In this document: one piece after another, positions 27,219 to 38,600 of the stretch
Numbering within the stretch: position 1 is the stretch's first letter
Layout of the letters: each line of letters opens with the position of its first letter
Origin: a virus
Virus record (IMG/VR): IMGVR_UViG_3300032287_003559
Coordinates: 111,136-175,135 of that record
Reading direction: 5' to 3' (one strand)
DNA: 64,000 nucleotides
Notes under the pieces: generated by a model
What the model was told of the DNA's origin: nothing
The model's input: the letters and a program-made list of their open reading frames with translations, nothing else
The model's database searches: none
Position numbers and translations under genes: made by a program

Positions 27219-29373
27219 AAATTTGAATGCCTTAGTTCCATATAAGGGAAAAGGAGGGACTGATCTTGTTAGTGAAAAAATAGATGAAAGAATATTAAGA
27301 CTTCTTGGTCTAGAGGATGTATTTGATATCGATTATGATACTTATATTTCTCTTCTTAGAGAAAGAATGGCTTCTGCTAGAATGTCTAAACAATCCATTC
27401 CAACAGAAGAAGTTGAATTAATAACTGAAGAATGGAAAAGAATAAAGAAAAAAAATGGTAGGTTTAGAATAAAAAAAATTACTGCAGAGAGTTTTAAAAA
27501 AGGTAGTTCTGTAGGAATTCAGTTAGGAAAGCAAAAGTTTCTTAATGGTCTATCTATATCATCTAAGAAATTAGCATTACCTCCAGCAATTAATAAAATG
27601 TCTGGTGGGAATGATATTGAAGATATTAAAAATGCTCTCGCAGAAATTATTAGCAATTTAACCATACAGAATAAAGATCAGAAAAAAATATTAGAAAGAC
27701 AAAGATTTGATAGTGAAAAAGAAAGAAGAGCATCTAGAGAGGCACTTTTAGAAAAAGGTTTTTCTAAAGCAATAAGTGCTGCTCAAAAGATGTTAGCACC
27801 TGTTAAATCTTTGCTTGATAAAATTATTGATGCGATTGTTGCTATTTTTATTGGAAGATCTATTGTAAAACTTATTGAATGGTTTTCTAATCCAGACAAT
27901 AAAGAAAAAGTAAAGAGCATTTTCAAATTTCTTGGAGAACATTGGCCAAAACTTCTTGCTCTGTATTTGAGATTTGGAACAGGTCTTGGAAGATTTATTG
28001 GTGGATTATCATCACTCCTAATTAAAGGTACGTTAAGACTTGTTCAGGTAGCAGCAAGACTAGCAGCAAGGGCAGGATTAAAAGGTGCTGGTAAAGTTGC
28101 TGGATTTTTAGGTGGTCGTGGTGGAAAATTTCTAGGTGCTGGACTAGAAGTTGCTGCCACCGTTGGATCAACAATGGCATTGAGTAAAGGTATAGAAAAT
28201 TTTAGTGGATTTAAATTTGCTGGAGGAGGATTAGCAAACTTTAAAAAGTTTTTTGGATTTTCTGGTGGTGGGACTAGACCTGGATATATCAGTGGACAGA
28301 AAGGAATAGATAAAATTCCTGCTATGTTAAGTGATGGTGAATTTGTTATGTCTCGTGGTGCTGTTGAAAAGTATGGTACAGATACCTTAGAAGCAATGAA
28401 CGCTGCTGGTGGTGGAACTAATAGACCACGAATGATTAGTGGGACAACTTATGCTGCTGGTGGAGGGCAAATTGGAACTCGTAGTGTTGCGCCTTCATTA
28501 TCTGGGAATGAAAAAATTGCTTATAATCAATTGCAAATGAATTTCCCAACAGCAAAACCTTATCATATTGCTGCTGCTCTTGGAAACTTTTCAGTTGAAG
28601 CTCCTGGATTAAAACCAAATACTGCTCAATACGGTGGAGGTCCTGGTAGAGGAGTGGCGCAATGGGAAACTCCTGGAAGATGGGATACTGCTGTAAAGAG
28701 ATACGGTCCAGGAATTTTTAACAGCTTAAGTCAGCAAATGGATTATGTTAAGTATGAAATGGATACTGGTAATCCAGATTCTCAAGGAAGACCTCAACTT
28801 CCATGGGGAAGAAATGCAAAGAGCTCTTGGTTAGGTTCTAAAAACTTAATTGAAGCAACCAAAAATTTTATGATCGGATACGAGGCACCTGGTGTTCCAC
28901 ACGAATCTGAGAGAATAGCATCTGCTAAAAGAATATTAAATTCAGGATCTCCAGCATCTTCAAATATTGCAGCGAATCCAAAGGTTCAACCGACACAGAA
29001 ACCAAATATATTCCAGAGATTGGGATCTGGAGTTGCATCTATATTTGGTCTTAATCAACCAGCAAAAGCAGAACCAATTATTAAATCAAAACCAAAACCA
29101 AGATTTGCGGGAGGACTTGCACCAGATTCTTCACAAAGAAAATCATCATCAATTCCAACATTGACTTTTTCTGCATCAAAGTCTAGGGCATCTCAAAGAA
29201 ATATTTCTGCTCCAATGAATTTAATGCCTGAAATTGTATATGAAGTTGTTGCACCTAGCACAACAAAACCATCTGGAGGTGGAACTGGTGGTTCTCCTCA
29301 AATACCTTCATTTAGTAATGTTCATGCATCTAATAATGCAGGTAGAAATGCAAAGTTACTTGGAGTAAGATAA
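27199..29373 (+). CDS. Tape-measure/hub-like virion protein with phage-tail lysozyme domain
   Basis: Helical N-terminal half; DKIPAMLSDGEFV; AAALGNFSVE..GRGVAQW. Confidence 0.7.
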   Translation: MAVNPSKNLNALVPYKGKGGTDLVSEKIDERILRLLGLEDVFDIDYDTYISLLRERMASARMSKQSIPTEEVELITEEWKRIKKKNGRFRIKKITAESFKKGSSVGIQLGKQKFLNGLSISSKKLALPPAINKMSGGNDIEDIKNALAEIISNLTIQNKDQKKILERQRFDSEKERRASREALLEKGFSKAISAAQKMLAPVKSLLDKIIDAIVAIFIGRSIVKLIEWFSNPDNKEKVKSIFKFLGEHWPKLLALYLRFGTGLGRFIGGLSSLLIKGTLRLVQVAARLAARAGLKGAGKVAGFLGGRGGKFLGAGLEVAATVGSTMALSKGIENFSGFKFAGGGLANFKKFFGFSGGGTRPGYISGQKGIDKIPAMLSDGEFVMSRGAVEKYGTDTLEAMNAAGGGTNRPRMISGTTYAAGGGQIGTRSVAPSLSGNEKIAYNQLQMNFPTAKPYHIAAALGNFSVEAPGLKPNTAQYGGGPGRGVAQWETPGRWDTAVKRYGPGIFNSLSQQMDYVKYEMDTGNPDSQGRPQLPWGRNAKSSWLGSKNLIEATKNFMIGYEAPGVPHESERIASAKRILNSGSPASSNIAANPKVQPTQKPNIFQRLGSGVASIFGLNQPAKAEPIIKSKPKPRFAGGLAPDSSQRKSSSIPTLTFSASKSRASQRNISAPMNLMPEIVYEVVAPSTTKPSGGGTGGSPQIPSFSNVHASNNAGRNAKLLGVR

Positions 29374-29377
29374 GTAG

Positions 29378-32206
29378 ATGGAACCAAAAGCATTAGCACC
29401 TGCAAAAATAAATCCAACAAAACTTTTAGGTGGTTCTATTTTTTCTACTAAAAAAATTAATACATCTAATCTTATAGATGATACTGTTACAATTCGAAGA
29501 AGTGATTTATCAATCATTAAAGGTCAAGTTATAGAAGTAAAAAACTTGATTAAAAGTTCTACTTTATTAAAACAAGCAGAATTGGAAAGGAAAAGAAAGG
29601 AAAAAGAAAAAGATAAATTTACAAAAAAAGAAACAGGACTTGAAGCAAAGAAAGAAGAACCTGGTGCAAATAAAGTTAAAGTTCCTGGACTTCCTAAATT
29701 AGGATTTTTAGATAGAATTAAAAATATTATCTTTACTGTTTTGCTTGGAAGATTTATTGTTAAGATGCTTCCAAATCTTCCAAAACTGGTTGGAATTGTA
29801 AAAGCAGTTAGTACTGGAGTAGAATTTGCTGCTGATTTTGCTGTAGGTTTGATTAATGCCTTAGGTACTTTTATTCAAAAAGCAGATGAGGCATCTATAC
29901 AAACTCGTAAGTTTCTTAAAACTGTAGGTGGTGATAATACTGTTAAACTTTTTGATGGATTTACTAGTGCAATAGACAAAGTTATTGAAGCAAGTATTAT
30001 TGCTGCTCTTGCTGTTGCTGATTTGGGTGGTGATGGTAAAGAAGTATCAATTAAAAGAGGATTTGATCGATATGGGAGAAAGGTTGGAACAGAAGTGCAA
30101 GAAAGATATCTGCAAAGATATGGTGAAAAACAATTTGTAGGGAGATTCGGGCAAAAGGCACTCCAAAGAGTTGCTACAAGAGGAGCAGGACAAACAATAG
30201 AAAAAGGATTATTAAAAACTCTTGTTAAGAGAATACCAATAGTTGGAGGATTGCTTGACTTTGCACTTAATTATTTTGTTTTTAAAGAACCTCTTGGAGA
30301 ATCTGCATTTAGAGCAGCTGGTTCAACATTAGTCAGTGTTCTTGGAGGAGCGATAGGAAGTATTTTTCCTGGTCCAGGAACTATTGTTGGTGCAGCACTT
30401 GGAGGAGTTGCGGGTGATGCACTTGCATCCACATTATATGATATGATTTTTAAAAATAAAGTACCGACCCAAAAGAAAGTTCAAGGTCGTGCTCAAGGTG
30501 GTCCTGTAACTAGAGGTGGAAAACTTGTTGGAGGTCCTGCAAAAAGAGGAGTTTCTAAAACCAAAAAGAGAGGAGTAACTGCTCAACCAACAAAATTAAA
30601 ACCGGGTGTTGATATTGGTGGTCAAAAAAATATTGAAAAAGTCTTTCCATCACCAACTGGTAAAGATAAAGATAAACAAGTAAACCCTCTTGAATATATT
30701 AAAAAGAGTTATGATAGAGTTAGTAAGGCACCATTCTTTGGTCCTTTATTATCATTAACTACTAAGGCATTATCAGGTCAAAAACCATCACAGTTAGATT
30801 ATTTTATTGCTGCTCAGGGAATTAATAACTGGATGAATATAACATTTAGTTCTGGTGTCTTAAGAACTGGAGGCGCATTTGCTGGGGGAGGGGAGGCAAA
30901 TGCTGAAATGTTCTTAAAAGGTGAAGATCTTACTCAAGTAATTGCAAAATCTTTAGAGGATAATGCATCGCAACAACTTGAAGGAAGTATTCAAGATTTG
31001 ATGAAGCAGATGATGTTGAAACCGAGTGAGGAATCAAAGAAAGAACCTAGCACAGGACAACCTAGTGTTGGTGGAGAATATTCTCCAGAGGGAATTCAGG
31101 GTGAGATATATCAATATCTTCTTTCCAAAGGTCTGGATGATAATAAGGCACTTGGTATTATGGCGAACATATTTCGTGAAAGTGGATTTAGACCCGGAGT
31201 TTCTGAATCTGGTGGTCCTGGAGTTGGTTTATTCCAATATTCAAGTGCGGGAAGAAAGGATGCATTCTTAAAAGCAGTACCAGACTACGCTACGAATTGG
31301 AAAGGGCAAATTGATTTTGCATTAAAAGACGATGTAGCTCCACAATATTTACAAAAACAGTTTTCTTCTCCACAAGAAGCTGCAGACTGGTGGATGAGAG
31401 AATGGGAAAGACCTGCGGAATATATTCAAAATACAGAAGGACCAAGAATACACAGAGAATATCTTGCAAGTCTTGAAAAATATAGAACTAAAAAAGGATA
31501 TGAACTCCCTACCGGAGTTGCAAAAGGTTTTGATGGATATATTACTGGAGATCCGTCAAGTCCTAACTATGATCCATCTCATGGTGGTGGTAATTATCAT
31601 GATCATTTATCATTTAAAGATAGAGCAACTGCCGAAAGAGCATATAAATTTTTTACATCTAAGGGATTTAAAGTTACTGAATTTAAAGGATATGGTGCTG
31701 GGGTTACTGGACCACACAGCGGAGCTGGTTCTTTACATCATTCTGGACTTGCATTTGATATTCCTGGATATCAGTGGGGAGGTGTTGGTGCTATAGGACA
31801 AAAAGAATACAGTGGTTCAGCAAAAGTTAGAGAAGCACTATCACAATTTAGATCAGGAAAATCTTTATTTGGTGGTGGTCTAACTGGAAAGGGTGGACTT
31901 ACCATGACACATCCTGGAGAATATATTATTGATAAAGATTCTGTAGATGCTTTTGGAATTGATTTCTTTGATATCATTAATCAAACTGAAAGTGTTGCAC
32001 AAAGAAAAAATTCAGCAAAACAACTGATGAGTATTCTTCAGTTCTATGCTGGTTATGAGGCAGGTGGAAGACAAAAAATTAAAGTGAAAGTTCCTGCTCC
32101 ACAAGTATCATATGTTACTGTACCCGTTCCTATTGGTGGAGGAATGGTGATGACTGGTAGTTCTTCTGTAGACTCTGATTATGATTCGACATATGCTGGA
32201 CATTAA
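29378..32206 (+). CDS. Tape-measure/hub-like virion protein with tail lysozyme and M15-like peptidase domains
   Basis: GIMANIFRESG..GVGLFQY; SLHHSGLAFD; HPGEYII. Confidence 0.7.
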   Translation: MEPKALAPAKINPTKLLGGSIFSTKKINTSNLIDDTVTIRRSDLSIIKGQVIEVKNLIKSSTLLKQAELERKRKEKEKDKFTKKETGLEAKKEEPGANKVKVPGLPKLGFLDRIKNIIFTVLLGRFIVKMLPNLPKLVGIVKAVSTGVEFAADFAVGLINALGTFIQKADEASIQTRKFLKTVGGDNTVKLFDGFTSAIDKVIEASIIAALAVADLGGDGKEVSIKRGFDRYGRKVGTEVQERYLQRYGEKQFVGRFGQKALQRVATRGAGQTIEKGLLKTLVKRIPIVGGLLDFALNYFVFKEPLGESAFRAAGSTLVSVLGGAIGSIFPGPGTIVGAALGGVAGDALASTLYDMIFKNKVPTQKKVQGRAQGGPVTRGGKLVGGPAKRGVSKTKKRGVTAQPTKLKPGVDIGGQKNIEKVFPSPTGKDKDKQVNPLEYIKKSYDRVSKAPFFGPLLSLTTKALSGQKPSQLDYFIAAQGINNWMNITFSSGVLRTGGAFAGGGEANAEMFLKGEDLTQVIAKSLEDNASQQLEGSIQDLMKQMMLKPSEESKKEPSTGQPSVGGEYSPEGIQGEIYQYLLSKGLDDNKALGIMANIFRESGFRPGVSESGGPGVGLFQYSSAGRKDAFLKAVPDYATNWKGQIDFALKDDVAPQYLQKQFSSPQEAADWWMREWERPAEYIQNTEGPRIHREYLASLEKYRTKKGYELPTGVAKGFDGYITGDPSSPNYDPSHGGGNYHDHLSFKDRATAERAYKFFTSKGFKVTEFKGYGAGVTGPHSGAGSLHHSGLAFDIPGYQWGGVGAIGQKEYSGSAKVREALSQFRSGKSLFGGGLTGKGGLTMTHPGEYIIDKDSVDAFGIDFFDIINQTESVAQRKNSAKQLMSILQFYAGYEAGGRQKIKVKVPAPQVSYVTVPVPIGGGMVMTGSSSVDSDYDSTYAGH

Positions 32207-32228
32207 ATAGTGTAGGAAGTAAAGTCTT

Positions 32229-33578
32229 ATGAATAATCAAGTATTAACTACAAGAGATATTAGAAGTATTGATGTTCCCACTATCAATATTCTTTCAAAC
32301 GATCAGAAAACAAATTCTGATATTAAAAATGTTTGGACAGATCTCTATTATTATGAAAGCGTTTTGCAAGAAACCATTAGAGCATCTGTGATGTATGTTG
32401 ATGCAGGTACTTCTATCGAAAAGGAAGGCAAACAAAAAACAATTCTTGAAGGATTGCCTATTGTTGGTCAGGAAAAAGTTTCATTAAAAATGAAAGATGC
32501 GAATAATATTGAATTGAACTTAAACTTATACGTCAATAAAATAACACCAGTAAAACAAGATACTACAAAATCTTTTGTCGGTCTTGATTTGGTTTCTAAA
32601 GAAGGAATTTTAAATCATCAAATAAGACTCAACAGTAGATTTGATGGAAAGATATCGGATCATATTAGAAGAGTATTGACCGATTCAAAGTATTTGAATA
32701 CTGATAAAAATATTGATATTGAAGAGACTGATAATAATTATAATTTTATTGGTAACAATAAGAAACCTTTTTATACTGCTATTTGGTTATCAAAAAAAGC
32801 AGTTCCCAAAGGAGTTCAACCTGGAAATACTGCAGGTTACTTTTTTTATGAGACTTCTGATGGGTTTAAATTTAAATCTGTGGATAATCTTTTATCTGAG
32901 GTAGACTTAAATACGGGTAAAAAAAAGAATTATAAAAGTTTGATTTATACACAAACTCCTGATGGAGCAGGAAAAAATATTCCACTAGGATATTCTGCAA
33001 AAATACTGGAGCATAATGTAGATGATGTAAGTGGAAACATGCAATCAAAACTTGAGATCGGATCTTATTCAACAAAGACAATACTTTTCGATCCATTTAA
33101 TTGTTATTATGAAGTTGTGTTACCAAAAACAGAACTTACTGAAAAGAAACTTAAATTAGCCGCAAAAGAACTTCCAAAGTTTAATCTAGAATTTAAAAAT
33201 AGTTTTACAAGAACTCAATACATGCTGATTGATACTGGAACACTTCCTACAGGTGATACAAAACAACAGATAGAAAAATCAAAGGAAAAAAACTTTGACC
33301 CAAAAAATATTTTGAATCAATCTACAATGAGATATAATCAGTTGTTTAGTACAAGAACGACTATTACAATCGTTGCAGACTTTAGTTTACATGCAGGTGA
33401 TTTAGTTTTTATTGATGCTGGTGTACCTGGACAAGAATTAGGAACTCTTCATAGTGGACTTTATCTTATTGCCGATTTGTGTCATTATATTAATAAAAAA
33501 GAAGGTGGGTGGACAAAATTAACTTTAGTTAGAGATTCTATAGGTAAAAAAGGATCTCCAACATATAATGCAATTTAA
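32229..33578 (+). CDS. Baseplate hub protein (gp27-like)
   Basis: YYESV, GLPIVGQE, YFFYET.DGFKFKS, SGLYLI..LCH; position before gp5. Confidence 0.65.
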   Translation: MNNQVLTTRDIRSIDVPTINILSNDQKTNSDIKNVWTDLYYYESVLQETIRASVMYVDAGTSIEKEGKQKTILEGLPIVGQEKVSLKMKDANNIELNLNLYVNKITPVKQDTTKSFVGLDLVSKEGILNHQIRLNSRFDGKISDHIRRVLTDSKYLNTDKNIDIEETDNNYNFIGNNKKPFYTAIWLSKKAVPKGVQPGNTAGYFFYETSDGFKFKSVDNLLSEVDLNTGKKKNYKSLIYTQTPDGAGKNIPLGYSAKILEHNVDDVSGNMQSKLEIGSYSTKTILFDPFNCYYEVVLPKTELTEKKLKLAAKELPKFNLEFKNSFTRTQYMLIDTGTLPTGDTKQQIEKSKEKNFDPKNILNQSTMRYNQLFSTRTTITIVADFSLHAGDLVFIDAGVPGQELGTLHSGLYLIADLCHYINKKEGGWTKLTLVRDSIGKKGSPTYNAI

Positions 33579-33611
33579 TCTGTTAAATAGTAATACTATA
33601 CAGGCACTAAA

Positions 33612-33824
33612 ATGGATAGTGTAGAAAAGCATATAGAACACGACAAAAGCATACTTGATGATCCACTAATCTCTCCACAATCTCGTCGTCATACTGAACA
33701 AGAATTAGTAGCGTTGGAGAATTGGGTCAAGAATCATCCAGAGGATCATCGCGATCCATCACCGCTAGAACTATACTGTGATAGTAATCCAGAAGCACCC
33801 GAATGTAGAATATATGAGGATTGA
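33612..33824 (+). CDS. cp12: CP12 Calvin-cycle inhibitor
   Basis: C-terminal LELYCDSNPEAPECRIYED; no N-terminal Cys pair. Confidence 0.9.
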   Translation: MDSVEKHIEHDKSILDDPLISPQSRRHTEQELVALENWVKNHPEDHRDPSPLELYCDSNPEAPECRIYED

Positions 33825-35581
33825 TGACTGAAGGAACTTTATTTAACTCAGGTTTTCTTGGAGCACATTTTAATTGGTGGATCGGTCAGATCGCTAGTGA
33901 TTCAACTTGGCGAGATAATATTTTGCCAGGAAAATTTGAAAGTAAAGATCAAATTCCAGGATGGGGATATAGGTACAAAGTTAGAATCATAGGTCTCCAT
34001 GATCTTGGAGAGACTGAGATTAGTTCTGATCAACTGCCTTGGGCACAAATAATGTATCCTGTTACTGCAGGTGGTGGTCAAGCAAACGCAAGTGCTACTG
34101 CAAACCTAAGGCAGGGAATGTTTGTCTTTGGATTCTTTTTGGACGGGCAGGATCAACAAGTTCCTGTTATTATGGGAGTTATTGGAAACAATTCACAAAC
34201 AGATCTTGCAACAAAGATTGGCGATAATCGTGTAACAAATACTCAACCTGGAAGTCTAGCAACAAGTGGTTATGCAACTCCTGCAGATGGAAATAAAGAC
34301 ACAAACATAAAAGTTCCTGATGAAGGACTTAGAATTAATAAACCAACATCAAAAAATCAATCTGAAGAGTGCGCTCCAATACCACCAGGAACAACTCTTG
34401 ACAAATATGGTCTTCCTTATGGAAAAGCTAATTCGTTTCAATTAAAAGATATACAAAGTGCTTCTGCTGAAGCAATAGCAAGAAATTTAACAGGAACTGC
34501 TTTTGATGACTTTGTTAAAAATGCAGTCCAAAATGGTATTAAAGCAAGATGCGAAGCAGCAAATTCTCCGATTTCTCCTTCTCAACCTGGAGCAACAAAA
34601 GAAAATGATGCTGTACATGAGCAAACAAAAGCAGACGTTGTTAGGAATGATTACTACAGCAGAAAAACTGTTTTAATGTCTCCATGCGATGCTGTTAAAT
34701 CTGCTCTTAAAGCAATTCAAACTGAATTGGAAAATCTAACAAAAGATATTGATAAAGTTCTTAATGCTGCCCAATCATACGTGGATGCAGTTTCAAATTT
34801 ACTTGGAAGTATTCAAGATTTGATTGCAGATTTTGCATGTAAAATTGCAAAATATATGAAAATAGTTTTCAACAAAATTATGGAATATATCTTAAAGCAA
34901 ATCAATAAAGGACTAGCACCAACAATAGAACAACTTCCACCAAATCAAAGACATAGATATTTTGATATCAAGACATCTATTACAGAATTAATTACTTGTT
35001 TATACAATAAGATATCAAATAATTTGTGTGGTCTGATACAAGATATTTTAAATAAACAAATTACAAAAGAACTCCCTGAAGAAGTCGTAAAGGAAAAGAA
35101 AATAAGAATTCCTACTACTCCAATTTGTTCTGTTGAAATACTAACTGGAAATGTAATCGCATTAAATATGAACGATATGAATACTGGAATTAATGGAATT
35201 TTAGATAATGTAAATAATTTTTTAAATGATATTCAATCAGAATTGGGGATGGTTACTGATATAATAGAAGGAACGAAAAGTTTAGTTGATGGAATTAGTG
35301 GAAGTATTACGTCTGCTCTTAGTTTTGAAAATATAAAACTTAATGTTTTTGGATGTGACTTAAAACCAAACTGTGCCGCGTCAGATTATTATACGATTCA
35401 AAACGGAAGTGGTGCTGCGGAAGATCCACAACAACCAAGAGTTGCAGAAGTTGATAAAGCATCTCAAAAGAACATAACTGCAACTCAAATAACTGAAAAA
35501 CCATATGCCCAACCTGGACAGAATCAGCCAGATATTCTTACTACCGTAAATCAAACTACAGATTTTATAAGATCAATATAA
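33824..35581 (+). CDS. gp5: Baseplate hub/spike protein with gp5 N-terminal OB domain
   Basis: WWIGQI, RYKVRIIGLH, LPWA, VFGFFLDG..QVPVIMG. Confidence 0.8.
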   Translation: MTEGTLFNSGFLGAHFNWWIGQIASDSTWRDNILPGKFESKDQIPGWGYRYKVRIIGLHDLGETEISSDQLPWAQIMYPVTAGGGQANASATANLRQGMFVFGFFLDGQDQQVPVIMGVIGNNSQTDLATKIGDNRVTNTQPGSLATSGYATPADGNKDTNIKVPDEGLRINKPTSKNQSEECAPIPPGTTLDKYGLPYGKANSFQLKDIQSASAEAIARNLTGTAFDDFVKNAVQNGIKARCEAANSPISPSQPGATKENDAVHEQTKADVVRNDYYSRKTVLMSPCDAVKSALKAIQTELENLTKDIDKVLNAAQSYVDAVSNLLGSIQDLIADFACKIAKYMKIVFNKIMEYILKQINKGLAPTIEQLPPNQRHRYFDIKTSITELITCLYNKISNNLCGLIQDILNKQITKELPEEVVKEKKIRIPTTPICSVEILTGNVIALNMNDMNTGINGILDNVNNFLNDIQSELGMVTDIIEGTKSLVDGISGSITSALSFENIKLNVFGCDLKPNCAASDYYTIQNGSGAAEDPQQPRVAEVDKASQKNITATQITEKPYAQPGQNQPDILTTVNQTTDFIRSI

Positions 35582-35612
35582 GAACAATAAATATCAGTAG
35601 TCAAAAAGAGAT

Positions 35613-38600
35613 ATGTCTTTTAATTTATTTGCTTCACCATCTAAAGACGATATCAGTGTTGGATACATTGATCCAACACTTGGATATGTTGATGGAGTTT
35701 CTATATGCGAAGCAAATAATTACGCAAAAGATAATCCAGGAACAACATTCATTTTTGTAGATGGAGATAATAATATTCAGTATTTGAATATTAATGAAGT
35801 AAATCGTCTTACAACAAACAATCTTGTTTCTACAGCAACTACTTGTGCAGGGATTCAAGCATATAAGGAGTGTGGTCCACCGAGGATTCAATTTTTTGGA
35901 GGGGGTGGAATAGGAGCAGTTGGAAACCCTGTAATTGGTAAAGACGGTGCTTTACTTGCAGTTGATCTTGTATATGGAGGTAATGGATATCAGTATCCTC
36001 CAATAGTAGCAGCTAAAGATGACTGTCAGTTTGGTAATGGTGCAGTTCTCACTGCAATTCTTGGCGAAACTGCTGACGAAATAGAAGTTTATGAGGGTGA
36101 AGATGATTTTGAAGAATATGAGTTATGTGAAGATACTGATGTTGGATATGGAACTGTCTATGGAAGAGATGGGGAAGAGATAGGACCTTGGGAACCAAAA
36201 ACATATACTAAAATTGGCGAAGATCCTATTAAAAGAGAAATAGAAATATATCAAAGAGCATTAGAAAATCCTTTCTGGACTACAAGAAAAACTCAACCTG
36301 ATAGAATCATCGCTCTCGGAGAAGAGTATTCTAATTCATATAACGCAACTCATCCCGAATGGGGTGAGTTTATGAATCAATATGCTATTTCTCCAGTGAA
36401 ACCATCAGATTTAGTAGGATCTGACGAAGCTGGTAAGGTTTTTACTCTTGAATGGGAACAAAATTTTCCAATCAGCGGAGAATATATTTTTAGAGGTGTC
36501 TGCGATAACTCAGCTCAAGTTTATATTGATAATAGTTTAATCGGAGATTTGCTTTCATTTAAACAAAATCCTTCTCCTTTACAGAAAACAATTAGAGAAG
36601 GAAATCATATTATTCGTATTGATCTATTCAATGCTCCGATTGAAGAGAACGTATCAAAAACTACAACTACTTCAACAGCAACAAATCTAAATGCAAAGTT
36701 CGTTCAAAAAGGATCTAATTTTTATCTTCAGGTTGATGGATCTGGAACAGGTGAAATATCATTTGTAATGGATGTAAATGATGCCTCTTACATTGCAGGG
36801 CTTGCTGCTAAAGAAGTTAGAATACCTTCAGATAATGGAAAGGTTGCATTTAAAAGGACAACATTTCAATATAGTAATATAACAAATCTTATTCCTGAGG
36901 CACTCACTGAAGAAACTATAAAGAAATCAGGAACATTTAGTGGTGGTAAAACCTATGGTCCTATCGAAATTATAGGAGCAGCACCTGGGGCAAGAGGACC
37001 TATACCTATAAAAAACAGTTCTAATAAGTTAGCACTCAGAGATGCTGATGGTGATGATGCAAATATTAAAATTACCATCACTAAAGTATCATCAACCAGC
37101 TCTACATCTACAACCACCACAGAAAAAATAATTTCTTCAAAGTCTTGGAATCAAAATCCAGTAGGTGTTTCTATGTTGATTGAGGCACCTACACCAATTA
37201 TTCCTCAAGAGCAACCACCAATACAAACTGGAAGGTGTCCGCCCAATCCTATTTGGTCTACAAGATTTCCAGGATCAGTTCAAAAATGGTATCCAGTTAG
37301 ATTTACTAAAAATAATGCTTGGAGTACCTTTATGAATAGGTACGCAATTTCACCAGTTCCACCTCTTAATACTCCGGGAAGTGATACTTCCGGATCTACA
37401 TTCTCAAATTCTTGGGATGTTGATTTACCTTATGCTGGATATTATGGTGTTAAAGGAACTAGAGATAATAGAGGCAGAATATTAATCGATGGAAAAGAAA
37501 TATCGACGTTAGATGGATTCAATACAAATAATCCAAAATTAACAAAAGTATATCTAACGAAAGGTAAACATACGATTACAGTAGAAGTTTATAACATTCC
37601 TATTGAAACAAATTCTTCAGTAGATACTAAAATTTTTAGTACTCAAGATTGGAGAGTTCCTGCTCCTTTATCTTCAGGATCTTTATCAGCAAAATTTATT
37701 CAAGAAGGAACAAACTTTTATTTGAAGGTTGATGGATCTGGAACTGGTAAAATATCATTTGTAATGGATGTAAATGATGCTTCTTATATTGCAGGGCTTG
37801 CTGCTAAAGAAGTTCAGATTCCTTCCGATTCGGGTAAAGTAAAGTTGCAGAGAACAATATTTCAATATAGCGATATAACAAATCTTATTCCTGATGCACT
37901 CACTAAAGAAACCATAAAGGGATCTGGAACTTTTACAGGTGGAAAAAAATACGGACCTATTCAAATTATAGGAGCAGCACCTGGGGCAAGAGGACCTATA
38001 CCTATAAAAAATGGTTCTAATAAACTTGCACTTAGAGATGCTGACGGTGATGATGAGAATATTAAGATTACTATTAGCAATGTTTCAGCAAGTTCTGTTA
38101 ACAACGCTGTTACAAATACTTCACAGAGTCCAACAAAGAATGGAGTTAATTATGATGGACCTGAATTATTTGGATATGTTGATAGCAGGTGGAGTAAATT
38201 TATGAATGATTATTCAGTTTCTCCAAAGGTATTTACTTCTATCAACTCACCTGATGAAAGAGTAGTTGGAAAATATATATTAACTTGGAAAAATATAAAT
38301 TTCCCACAAGATGGAATTTATAAATTTAATTTTCAATCAGACAATATTGCAACACTAAAAGTTGGTGGAAAAGAAATTTATAAAACATCTGATTTTAATG
38401 GCGATAAAGTTCAATATACATTTAATGCATCTGCAGGAACATATGATATTGTAATTGAGTTGGAAAATATAAGATCTTCAACAAATAAGGGAAAAGATAC
38501 TACATTCTCTATTAATCCTATGGGAGTAGCCCTTTATATAAGTAAAGATGTTACTTTCTCTGATTCAAATAAAACGCCTTGGACTGATAATCCAATGGCA

